DNA of 55,643 bases, the filler included, from Jimgerdemannia flammicorona (taxonomy: Eukaryota): NCBI GenBank assembly GCA_003990765.1. It is 3 parts of 3 records of this genome, joined end to end, with 100 filler letters (N's around TTAATTAATTAA, not from the genome) between each part and the next. Parts side by side here need not be neighbours in the genome. Positions count along the whole stretch, not along the records: positions 37,165 to 55,643 come from RBNJ01002205.1; 2 more parts are not named here. One strand, written 5' to 3'. Of the stretch, positions 37,181 to 48,618 are shown piece by piece. Under the pieces are notes generated by a model. It was not told the origin of the DNA. It saw only the letters and a list, made by a program, of their open reading frames with translations, and did not search any database. Every line of letters begins with the position of its first letter. Position 1 is the stretch's first letter. A program made the position numbers and the translations under genes.

Positions 37181-38671
37181 GAGAGTTACTTTTTTAGGGT
37201 AGCCATTACATAGTTCTGGAAGAGTTTTCTGGAAGTTCTGGATATTCTGGAAGACTATTTTCTTATGGTCAAGATCAATTTCATATGAAGTACATCCTCT
37301 ATGCTTATTGATTTCAAGATCAGGTTGATGTCTCAACCAAAGTCCTTTTTCAGACTAGTTCTGAATGTTCAGGATTCTCTATATTTCAGGAAGTTCAAGA
37401 AACTAAGACTAGCTTAGTTGAATCAGCATATTGCTGCAGACAATATCCAATTAGGAAATTTTATGATGGGGTTAAGAGTGGGATCTAATGGAGAGCAGAT
37501 TTACTTAAGAGTGGTTTGTGGATTATTAAATAGGTTTATTCACTATTCATGATATTGCTATACTAGGAGTTGGTTGTATGAAGGAATATTATAGGGAAGT
37601 GCTCAGGAGTTATGTTCAAATTGTTCAGATCTTTTCAAGTCTGAGATTCTGAGGTCTGGGTGAGGGGGTATTTATACTAGTGAGGGGCTATCTGGACTAT
37701 GCTAAATATGGATATAGCACTAAGTACTTTGCTGAGTTGGAATGCAGTCACATAGTACAAGTGTGATCTGATATGTCAAGAGATCAACTGACTGCTGAGT
37801 CAGTTCACAGTCATGTCATACAAGACTAATCTAACTATACTATAACTGCTAGGCTATTTATAGGTTTAGACACTGTCTGGAAAGTCTTTGATGATATTAC
37901 CATTGATGACATCATTGCTGGCAAAGTCTGAGCAGTTTTCTAACTTCTGATGTCATTAGTTTCAAAAGTATTGTCACTTCTATCTCTTATAAGATTAAGG
38001 CTGTCCTTGGTGGTGGTAGTTGTACTAGGATAATAGGTCTTGGTTCTTTTTTTTTTTGGTCTGCTGGTGCATTTGTGAGGACTGGCCATTCTCATCTAGG
38101 GCAAGGGCTCCCAATGTCATAGCTGGGGGTTCAAACCTCTTGGAAATGATATTTTCTATAATCCAAGGCAATTTCTAGTAGTAATATCTATCACATGGAT
38201 GGCTTGAGATTGGTTTTGACATTGTTGGCTTTCTTGAGTTCAGATAAAGCATCCATCACTCTCCAACAGAAGTGACACAGATAGAGTAAATAGAGTTGTT
38301 CAAATGTGTTTTGCTTCTGCTAAGTAATGAGGTCTTGTATAGTTACAGTGTATCTTGGTCTTGAGTTGATAAGTGTAGTTCGTGAACCTTTTGGTAGATG
38401 AGATAGAGTTCTTCTTGTCTCAATTTGAGTTTGGTACTTTCAGTTTTCTTTTGTAATTATACAGTACACTAAACTAGTTATAGTGGTTCAGAGTCAATCT
38501 TATGGTTATAGTACTTCTTCTAGTATTCTTGTATCTTGGTGGTGGGTTCTCGTGCTTGCTGGCATATTTTGTATAACCAGATGATCTCTTGTTTGTAGTC
38601 TTGTATGTGGTTTCCAAATTAGTTCTGAGGATGCCATGTGATTTTGGTGGCTTGGAGGTTGTGTGCTTATA
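37181..38671 (-). repeat. LTR of a family-B-related element (B'), ~1.5 kb, with different U3 content
   Basis: Starts TATAAGCACACAACCTCCAAGCCACCAAAAT (cf. 46570); 37181-~37915 is the reverse complement of ~47890-48600; the middle instead matches family A 3690-3970. Confidence 0.8.
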
Positions 38672-40300
38672 ATGATATTAGTAAGTTTTTTAGCTAGAAA
38701 GTGGGCCTCCATAGTAACTATATTCAGTTCAATACTCAGGAAGACAATATATATTAATGGTCTGATGATTTTTTGCAGTTATGTCATCCATTTAAGATAG
38801 TGATAGAGATGAAGGAACTGGGAGAGGTTGGAGGATATGAGAGAGAGGTCATTGGAAAGTAATGTGAGAATAAAATCATCCATATAATGAAGGAGATATT
38901 AGAGGCCTTAGTGATGGGCAATCTATATAAGTAGTTTAGCAAAGATGTTGAATAGGAATAGAGAAGAGCTGGTGCCAAATGAGAGATAATGGTCAAAGTA
39001 GTATTGTTCCAGCTATTTAAATCTAAGTAATTTCCAATCTAATGAGTAGATGTATATATATATAATGAAAAGCATCAGTAAGGTCAATCTTGGAAAGTAG
39101 ACAGTTCTGACCAAATTATCAAATAAGATCTAGACTATCATCAAAACATATATAGAATATATGATAGGATACTAGTATTGATGGAGAGGCCATATTGGGG
39201 CCAGGAGAGATCATAGATATATTGTTATTTGGATGATGAATTCTTCTTAGTGATTACACCCAGAGATAAGAAGTGAAATAGAGGGAATAGTGGGGTTGAG
39301 AATGGGCTACAGATGTGACCAGCTATTACTTCTCAGATAATATTCTTAGAGATTACTTTAGCATAAGTAGTTGCTAACTGATGGTTAATCTTAATCTGAT
39401 AACACTGGGTACCATTGAAGCCCATAAGAATTCCTTGGAAAATAGCATCAACAACAGTGTGAGCAAGGTTCTGGTCTGGGTATATAATGAGAACTATCAT
39501 TTAGATAGCTAGTTGGAGAGCAGAGGGAAGAGGAGGGAAGTGAGCTTGGATTTCACAGATAGCAGCAATAAGGAGAATAGAGAGAGGGTGATGAAGACAG
39601 ATATTCAGAGCTGACTGGAGAAGAGTATTGCTAGTGGGTATTGCATGGTCAGGAGTAAGTTCCTAGGGTTATTTTGAGAGATTGTTAGAATACTCTAGCC
39701 AAAGGTAGTTAAGACTACAATTTAAACATATATGAGTATAAATATATTTACACTAGTAGCAGTCAGAGTTCAATATTAGAATACTATTGAGAAGAGAGCT
39801 ATTGTAGTTGTAGTATATCAGTAAGAGTTTTGAGGGGCTGGAGCTGCAAATAGTATATATTGAGTAAGACATCTGGTACAAATGAGATGATGATTTGGAA
39901 AATGAGACTGTAATAGAGGTAGATACTAGCAGCTTTTGATGAAGGCTCAGAGACATAAATAGATAGAGTCATATTTAGCCTAATAGTGGTACTATATGGC
40001 TGAAATGCTATCATAGCTAACTTCAGCAATGTGTTTGTTATAAAAGACAATATAGTAGTCAAGTAGTATATGCCAAAGTGATATTGCTATCAGAGAGACA
40101 AAGTTGATAGTATAAGAGAGAAAAAGCATGAGTTCAGTCAGTTCTACATAGGTATTATGAATAATACTAAAGTATATAAGTAGACTGGAGATAAAGATAG
40201 GATATCTGAGAGATTCTTATATAGGGAGGTAGCTTTCTTGATAATAATGCATGTGTCCAATTCATAGATTGAATTAGCATAAGATATAAGTGTTAATAAC
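38672..40300 (-). mobile_element. Relic of a DIRS/Ngaro-type (tyrosine-recombinase class) retroelement, RT region
   Basis: Manual translation ~39500->38860: EVIAGHICSPF...LGVITKK...IYDLSWP..GLSIN; FDDSLDLI..FGQNCLLSKIDLTDAF; YYFDHYLSFG.SSS.FLFNIFA; LLHYMDDF; recombinase not visible; upstream limit uncertain. Confidence 0.75.
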
Positions 40301-42167
40301 TTGGAGTATGTAAGAAGAAATAGAATGAGTAATAGAGTGAATGAGTGCCATTCTACTGAGTGACCAATATATATATCTAAGTAGTATATATTTATTTTAG
40401 CAAATACTAGCTAGAGTACATCATTTGTATCAAATTGTTCTTTGCTTTGGTGCTAAATATCTCTAGTACTGAATATTTAGAACTGGTATACAAATGCAAT
40501 ATAAGATCTCTATACTCTACTTCTAACCTGCAACTATAAGTAAATTAATCATTGTATGTCCATTGACTTGTAATCTCAGTTGATATTACTTATTTACCAG
40601 AGCATATACTATTCTCATAGCTCAAAGGCCAAGAGACAATAAAAACAATAAAGGAGACAAATAATGTCAATTTGAAAAAAGGAATAAACTCTGAAATGAG
40701 TTCTCAAGACTACAAAAAGAATTTAAGAAACTCTCTAATAAAGAAATAAAAGAACTCATAAAGAAATGAGTATGTTTTTACTACAATAAGAGAGGATATA
40801 TATCTCATGAATACTCTAACAAGACCAATATAAACAAAGAACCATCCTCCTTATATACTATTATTATAATAAGAGATGATTTCAAAGAAACCTCTGAGAA
40901 AATTAAGGTCAAGAGATTCTACATTACTATGAAGATTCCAGATAAAGTATATGAATCTGATGCTGGCTATAATCTCTACTTTAGTATAGAAGTAATTATT
41001 AAATTAGGCAAGTAAGTAATTATCAATATAGATATTGAAATAGAAGTCTCCAAAGAAATCTATATCTGTCTTATAGAAAGAAGTAGTCTGGCTAAAAAAG
41101 AAAGACTCTATATAGCTAGAGGAGTTATAGATTAAGAATTTAAAGACAAAATCAAGATTCTACTATATGTATAATACTAAATAAAAAGCTATCAAATCAT
41201 ATATAGAAAATGAGTTACCTAAGTCATCATTGAAGTAATATATAATAATCTTGAAGTTGAAGAAATAAAGAATCTCAAGATTGAGATCAGAAATAATATC
41301 AATATATTATTGATAGATATATTCCTGCAGGATGATGCTCTCATAGAATTAAGATATATTATTTCAAATACATAGAAGAATGTCTTATATATGTTCTTAA
41401 ATTCAAGAAGTATAAACCAACTATTCCAGAATAATGAGATGAAGAAATCAAGAGCATCAATGATAAAGATAGAGAAGTATAAGATTAGGAAGAAGAAACT
41501 ACTCTAGAAGTAATTATTACCTAATAAGAAACCAATATAGAATATATCTATCTTTAAAGGAAAATTGAAGGAAATCCTATTAAAGTTCTTATTGACAGTA
41601 GAGTAAGTAAATTCCATCTCAATAAAGAAACTACTGACAAATTTCACCTTAAGATGTAGAGGAATCTAGAAGAAAACATTACTATATTCAGAAACAGAAT
41701 AATATAGAAACTCTCTAAGATATACAAGAGTATACTTCTATAACTTAGAGACTATAATATAAGACAAACTTTTTACATTATATATCTCTCTTTATAAATA
41801 CAACCTCATCCTCAAAAAATTCTAACTTACTTAGGAGAATTTTTATATTGATTGATAAACCAATTCAATCTCTCTAAGAGATATCAAGTTATAACCCAAG
41901 TATACCAAGAAGAAACCAAAGTCTAAATGTGATATTATTTCTACCATCTAGATAAAAAAGCTGATTTAAAAACTAGACTAGTATATTTATATATATATAT
42001 ATAGTTAAGAAGACCTTAGAAAAAGATGATGAAGAACTCTCTGAACTTTTAAAGGATAAAGATAATGAGAAAAACAATCTCCAAGAACTACTTAAGGAAT
42101 ATGAAGATATTTTCCAAGAATCTCAAGAACTACTATCAGTCTGAGCAGTAGAATATAGCATCAAGAC

Positions 42168-42472
42168 TAGTGCTCTCAAATAAATTAAATTAATTTAAAT
42201 TAAATTAAATTGAGGGTTATTTGAATCAAATTCAAATCAAATTGAGGATCTAATTTAAATACTATTTTTCAAAATATAATAACTCAATGAAAATATATTC
42301 AAATTTAATAATCATTAGCTTGTTAAATTTCTCCTATATAGAGAAATCTAACAAGTTAAAAATCATTAAATTTGGACATATTTTCATTAAGTTATTATAT
42401 TTAAAAAAAAATTGAGTTTGAATTGAATCTCAAATTGAATTAGATCTTTAATTTGATTTATTGGAAGCACTA
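42168..42472. mobile_element. hAT-like MITE, 305 bp
   Basis: Imperfect TIRs TAGTGCT..CAA.TAAAT.AAATT; 8-bp TSD ATCAAGAC (42160-67) / ATTGAGAC (42473-80); internal inverted repeats. Confidence 0.85.
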
Positions 42473-43743
42473 ATTGAGACTATTTCTGGTTCAGACTCTC
42501 TCTACTGTAGAATCTATCAACTAGCCCAACCTAAGCTGAAGATCCTTAAAGAATAACTAGCAGAATTAACAAGTAAAGACCTCTTCTATTTATCAAAATC
42601 ACTATATAGTGTACCAATCCTCTTTATTTACAAGAAGAATAAAAGTCTCTATATATGTATTAATTACTGAATACTTAATAAGATCTCAGTCAAGAACTAA
42701 TATATACTCTCAAGAATCAATAAACTACTTGACCAAGTATATAAGGCCAAGATCTTCTCACTTATCAATCTTACTTTTAGATATTATCAAATTTATATTA
42801 AGAAAGAAGACATTCCCAAAATAGTCTTTCAAATAAGATTTAGACACTATAAATTCTATATAATATTATTTGACCTTATAAATATATTAACAATATTCTA
42901 AATACTAATGAATGACATCTTTTGAAAATACCTCAGAGTGTTTATTCTGGTCTATTTGGATGATATTATGATATATAGTATAAGTAATATAATTTACTAA
43001 TAATATCTACAAATGGTTTTTGATATACTCTATAAATATATACAAGCTCTCAGCAAAAAAAAAAGAAATACCACTTCTTCAAGAAGAAAATCAAATATCT
43101 AGAATATATTATCTTAGAAAATAGTATTACTGTTGACCCAGACCTAAGCAATCTGCAATTGACTCATTCTAAAGACTTTTAAATCCCTATGAGAATTCAA
43201 TAAACTAGCAGAATATTATAGGAGATTTATTTAAGGATTCTCTGCAATTACTGTCCTACTCATAAGCCTTATTAAGAAGAGAGTCAATATTAAAAAAGAA
43301 TAGACAGAAGAATGCATCACAGTCATGAACACTCTTATGAGAATACTGACTAATATATATATTAATCCTAATTAGTCTTAACTCAACAGAACCCTTCATA
43401 ATTACTACTGATGCTTCAAATATTACTATTAGAGCTATCCTGACTTAATATGAATACCCTGTTACCTACTTGTCTCAGAAACTCAATAAATATAAAAGAA
43501 ACTATACCATATAAGATAAGAAACTTCTTACTATCATCTAATCTCTACAAGTATGAAGATATTTTCTCCTCAGTAAAATGTTCACCTTATGGACTAACTA
43601 TTAAGTTCTCTGATATATCCAGACATAGCTAATTCTTACAGAAAAACAGGCCTATAGATGCAAATCTTTATACCCTTTGATATTAAAATTAAGTATATTA
43701 CTAAAACTAAGAATAAAGTAGTTGATATACTTTCCTAGAGTAT

Positions 43744-44691
43744 TATAAGAGGATTACTTTATTAGAGTACTATTACATAGTTCTGGAAGGGTTTTCTAAA
43801 AGTTCTGGAAGACTATTTTATTTAAGATCAAGATCAATTTTGTATAGAGTATGTTCTCTATACTTATTGATTTCAAGATTAGATTGATATCTCAACCAAA
43901 GTCCCTTTCCAGACTTGTTCTGGATGTTTAGGATTTTCCATATTTCAGAAAGTTCAAAAACTAAGACCAGCTTAATTGAATTGATATATTGCTGCAAACA
44001 ATACCTAATTAGGAAATTTTAAGATTTAGTTAGAAGTAAGACCTAATGAGATATAGATTTACTTAAGAGTAGTTTATAAGTTATTAAATAGGTTTATTTA
44101 CTATTCATGATATTGCTATACTAGAAATAGTATGTGAAGGAATATTTGTGTAGGAAAGTATTTATCTGGATTCTTGTCTATATTTCTATCTGAGTTTCTG
44201 AGGTCTGGAAGAGTAGATATTTATACTAATAGGAGACTATCTGAGCTATACTAAATATAGGTATAGTACTTAGTACTTTGATAAGTTAAAATACAGTCAC
44301 ATAGTACAAGTATGAACTGATATATCAAGAGATCATTTAACTAATAAGTCAGTATGCAGTTATATAATATAAGACTAATCTAACTATATTAATAACTACT
44401 AATCTATCTATAGATTTAGATACTGTCTGGATATTCTTCAATAAGATCACTATTAATGATATTATCTCTAATGAAGTAGTTATCTAAAAAGGGTGGTTTT
44501 TGAATTATATCTCTCTGTTTATTTATATAGTAGTAGGTTAGAACTATATCACTATCTCATAGGATAGTATCATCTATCTCATATACTGAGTAGGGTATCA
44601 GTGGGTCAAGAAAGAGTATATTATCTTTACTTTTATTGGATTTACTATCAGCATACCTTTGATAGATTACAGTACTATATATTGTAGAGTT

Positions 44692-44729
<38 letters not shown>

Positions 44730-46299
44730 GATAAACTCAGTCAACAGACTGTACCAAAAACAATTTATTTGGACATACAATCATAGATACACTGCACCTA
44801 TACATAGAGCATCAATTAACTATTATCTTTTTTCATTATAATGACCCAGTCGATAGTAACTTTAAGGTCCTTCAGAGTGATGTTCTTATTGCTGAGATCT
44901 ATTTCCTTAAGATTACCACTGACTTTCTTCTTCTTCAGAATGAAATTTTTATCTTTTGGATTATGCTCCATCTTAAGTATATATAACAGTTTACCAATAT
45001 CAGTCATCTTATCTATCTTGATCAAGTGGGTTGAGCTGTCCAACCATTAAACCATAAAGATGATAAATTTGACTAGCTTATTCTCTATACTACAATGTTT
45101 GTCATTCATTTGTCTGCTGAACTTGATGAAATAATTGACCTTGGGTGTCTTGTTCTCAGTTACATCAGATATACTAGTTAGTTTCAGGTATAAATCATTG
45201 CAGAGTTATAGTATACTAGTAGCTGTAGTTTATTTTATTTATACTTAGGAGGTAGGGTTGTTAGTTCAATCTTGAGAGTTATTTGGAGATACAGGTTATG
45301 TTCTCTAATCTCTTCATTATAGTTGAAGTAATTAGGTATAAATGTAGGTTAGTATTCATACTAGTGGTTATTATCTCAATAGATCTCATAGATGGTTATA
45401 AACTGTTATAAGTTTATTAGTAAAGTTGGTGGAGTAATCAGGGTTGGCAGAGATCTTTAACTGGAGGTCATATCAGTATCAGAGAGATTATTGTCTTCTG
45501 CTTCATCATTGTTAAACTGAATTATATCATAGATATCCTTTATGATATATCCAACTTGGAATATTTGCAGGATGTAGTTATTAGAATATAGGAAGGATTT
45601 GTCTGTAGTTTGGACATACTTGATATACTTGTAATTGAGTTCTTATATTATATCATTGATTTGGCCATAGGACAGAGTGGCAACCATTTTAGTAGTAGTA
45701 ACTTAGAGGCAGAGAATAAAGGTACTGTACTTATAAAAGAGTTCTCAGTATTTGTAGATAATAAGTTTCTGGTATTGAGACATTTTGATAATATCTATAT
45801 TGTAGTAGTGGCTAACCATATCTTCTAGGAGATAGCTGATCTGGTAGTAGCTTGAGATTTGTCTAATTTGGTGGTCTTTACTAAGTATGTTCAGGATATT
45901 CTATTGGGCTTCTACAAAATAGAGAGATACTAGGCTATAGATATTTATAAGGGGTAGGAGAGGTGTGGCTAAGTTGATAATAATATTCCAAATATTAGCA
46001 TAGATACAGTTGTAGACTTCAGTGGTCATATTTGGTATATATTCAAGAGTTGTAGTTATTTATTTGATTTGTTGTAGTTCTCTATTTTGATATGTCTGTA
46101 TATTCAGTATATATATATGCTTTTAGTCCTGATTAGTAAGGTTCCATTTTTGTAAATATTGTATTCTGTAACTTTAAGTTAACTCAGCTTTGTGATCTGT
46201 GACTTCAGTTTGACTTAGCTTCATAATCTTATATGTAATTTCTGAATTTATTCTAAGAGTGATATGTGATTTTAGTAGCTTAGAGGTTGTATGCTTACA
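43744..46299 (-). repeat. Old solo LTR of family B, carrying a retroposed insertion
   Basis: Reverse complement of 46570-48606 with heavy C>T/G>A change; flanks AGTAT/AGTGC are consistent with a decayed 5-bp TSD; host pol continues across it. Confidence 0.9.
44692..45196 (-). pseudogene. Polyadenylated retrocopy (5'-truncated) encoding a possible ubiquitin-like domain
   Basis: Poly(A) 44693-44725, AATAAA ~40 nt upstream, stop at 44816, 11-bp TSD ATTGTAGAGTT (44681-91) / ATTGCAGAGTT (45197-207). Confidence 0.75.
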
Positions 46300-46683
46300 A
46301 GTGCTCAGAAAGATAACTTTATTGTAATTTGTAATATTATTACTAGTCTATTTGAAAAAGTCAAGAAAGAGTATACCAAAGATAACAATATATAAGAAAT
46401 TACTAAAAAAAAATCCTTAAAGAAGGCAGCAATATCATGAAAAAGATCTACAAAAATATATCTATTCAAAATAGATATATGTATCTTAATAATATAAGAA
46501 TCTAGATCTCTGATATCTCTATCTACATATAAATTCTATAAGAACTATATAATATACCTATAGCTAGATTGTAAGCACACAACCTCCAAGCCACCAAAAT
46601 TACACATCACTCTCTGAACAAAGCCACTGAAATCACATGCGACCTTCGAACAAATCTGGAAATCACCTGCTTGATCATGAAGC

Positions 46684-46721
46684 TGAGTCAAACCGAAGTC
46701 ACAGTACACAAAGCTGAGTCA
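46684..46721 (+). promoter_or_regulatory. Two TGAGTCA (Gcn4/AP-1-type) sites in a 31-bp tandem repeat in U3
   Basis: TGAGTCA at 46684 and 46715, retained in the 3' LTR; TGACTCA also at 47992. Confidence 0.4.
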
Positions 46722-46830
46722 ATACGAAGTCACGGAACACAAGATCTACATAAACGGAACCTTATCAATCAGGACCAAATGCATATATACTGAGCACCGA
46801 GACACGTCAAATCAGAGAACCAAAACAAAC

Positions 46831-47928
46831 ATGACCACTGAGATCTACAACTACATCTGCGCTGATATTTGGAATGCCATTGTCAACCGAGCCACACCCC
46901 CTCTGCCCCTCATGAATATCCATAGCCTGGTACCCCTCTACTTCATGGAAGCCCGATGGAATGCCCTGAACATGCTTAGCGAGGCCCACCAAATCAGACA
47001 AATCTCAAGCTACTACCAGATCAGCCGCCTCTTGGAAGACATGGTTGAACACCACCATGATACAGATATTACCCAGATGTCTCAACACCAGAAGCTCATT
47101 GCCCGCAAACATCGAGAACTCTTCTATGAGTACAACACCTTTATTCCCTGCCTCCGAGTCACTACCAGCGAAATGGTTGCTACTCTGTCCTATGGCCAAA
47201 TTGATGACATGATACAAGAACTCAACCACAAGTACCTCGAATACATCCAGACCACAGACAGAACCTTCCCGCACCCTGATGACCATATCCTGCAAATGCC
47301 TCAAGTCGGATACACCATGAAGGACGTCTACGATATAATCCACTTCGATGAAGATGAAGCAGAAGACAATGATCCCTCCGACGCAGACATGACCTCTAGC
47401 CAAGGATCTCTGCCAACTCTGATCACTCCACCAATCTTGCCGATGAACTTACAACAGTTCATAACTACATACGAGACTTATTGGGACAATGACCACTGGC
47501 ACGAATACCAACCTGTGTTCACCCCCGATTACTTCAATTATAATGAAGAGACCAGAGAACACAACCTATACCTGCAGACAACCCTCGAGATCGAACCAAC
47601 CACTCCACCACTCAAGTACAAGCAACATGAACCACAGCCACCAGCATACTATAACCCCGCAACTCATAGTGCTGTAACCTATAGAAGGTACGCAGACAGC
47701 GAATCCGATGAAAGTGAAGACAGTACATCCATCCTTCACCCACCAACACCTTATCCAGTATACGAAACAGACGATGCTATCCTGTGGGACGGAGATGAAG
47801 TCCCAATGTATTACTACCTCAGCCAACAAGGAGAAGTAATCTGCGAACTATTATTCCTAGACAACTACTTCATCAGAGATGATGCAATCAATGGTGATGT
47901 CATCGAGGACTACCCAGATAGTGCCTAA
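46831..47928 (+). CDS. LTR(U3)-encoded accessory protein, 365 aa, unknown function
   Basis: Intact ATG-to-TAA ORF inside the LTR; helical-looking N-half, acidic/Pro/Tyr-rich C-half; copies in the 3' LTR (ATG 55415) and the solo LTR. Confidence 0.8.
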   Translation: MTTEIYNYICADIWNAIVNRATPPLPLMNIHSLVPLYFMEARWNALNMLSEAHQIRQISSYYQISRLLEDMVEHHHDTDITQMSQHQKLIARKHRELFYEYNTFIPCLRVTTSEMVATLSYGQIDDMIQELNHKYLEYIQTTDRTFPHPDDHILQMPQVGYTMKDVYDIIHFDEDEAEDNDPSDADMTSSQGSLPTLITPPILPMNLQQFITTYETYWDNDHWHEYQPVFTPDYFNYNEETREHNLYLQTTLEIEPTTPPLKYKQHEPQPPAYYNPATHSAVTYRRYADSESDESEDSTSILHPPTPYPVYETDDAILWDGDEVPMYYYLSQQGEVICELLFLDNYFIRDDAINGDVIEDYPDSA

Positions 47929-48117
47929 ACCTATAAATAGTCTAGCAGTCATAGTATAGTTAGATTAGCCTTGTATGATGTGACTGTGAACTGACTCAGC
48001 AGTCAGACGATCTCTTGATATGTCAGATCACACTTGTACTACGTGACTGCATTCCAACTCAGCAAGGCACTTAGTGCTACATCCATATCTAGTATAGTCC
48101 AGATAGCCCCTCACTAG

Positions 48118-48125
48118 TATAAATA
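48118..48125 (+). promoter_or_regulatory. LTR TATA box
   Basis: TATAAATACCCCC, the same motif as in family A LTRs, ~480 nt before the LTR end. Confidence 0.65.
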
Positions 48126-48609
48126 CCCCCTCCCCCAGACCTCAGAATCTCAGACTTAAACAATCCGAACACAACTCCTGAGCACTTCCCCACAATACAC
48201 CTTCACACAAATACTCCTAGTATAGCAATATCATGAATAGCAAATAAACCTATTCCATAACCCACAAACCACTCTTAAGTAAATCCGCTCTCTATTAGGT
48301 CCTACTCCTAACCCCCTCACGAAATTTCCTAATTGGGTATTGTCTGCAGCGATATGCCAATTCAACTAAGCTGGTCTTAGTTTCTTGAACTTCCTGAAAT
48401 ACGGAAAATCCTGAACATCCAGAACTAGTCCAAAAAAGGACTTTGGTTGAGACGTCAACCTAATCGTGAAATCAATAAGCGTAGAGGATGTACTCCATAC
48501 GAAATTGATCTTGACCATAAGAAAATAGTCTTCCAGAATATCCAGAATATCCAGAAAACCTTTCCAGAACTACGTAACGGTTACCCTAAAAAGCAACCCT
48601 CTTACAACT

Positions 48610-48618
48610 TGGTAGCAG
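48610..48618 (+). other. PBS (initiator tRNA-Met type)
   Basis: ACT + TGGTAGCAG, identical arrangement to family A. Confidence 0.8.

Larger units (their letters stand above)
40700..46569 (+). mobile_element. Hypermutated Gypsy element (family C; dUTPase-bearing), host of the MITE, the solo LTR and element B
   Basis: Residual motifs: DAGYNLY, ERSSLAK (dUTPase ~40940-41280), VLIDS (PR ~41585), RT/RH 42480-43740, integrase N-terminus 46300-46569; start approximate. Confidence 0.85.
46570..48606 (+). repeat. 5' LTR of element B (2037 bp)
   Basis: TGTAAG...CTTACA termini; its start is repeated at 55127; followed by the PBS. Confidence 0.95.

Noticed and set aside
46831..47928. Env gene interpretation
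   Set aside because: No signal peptide, furin site or transmembrane helix visible
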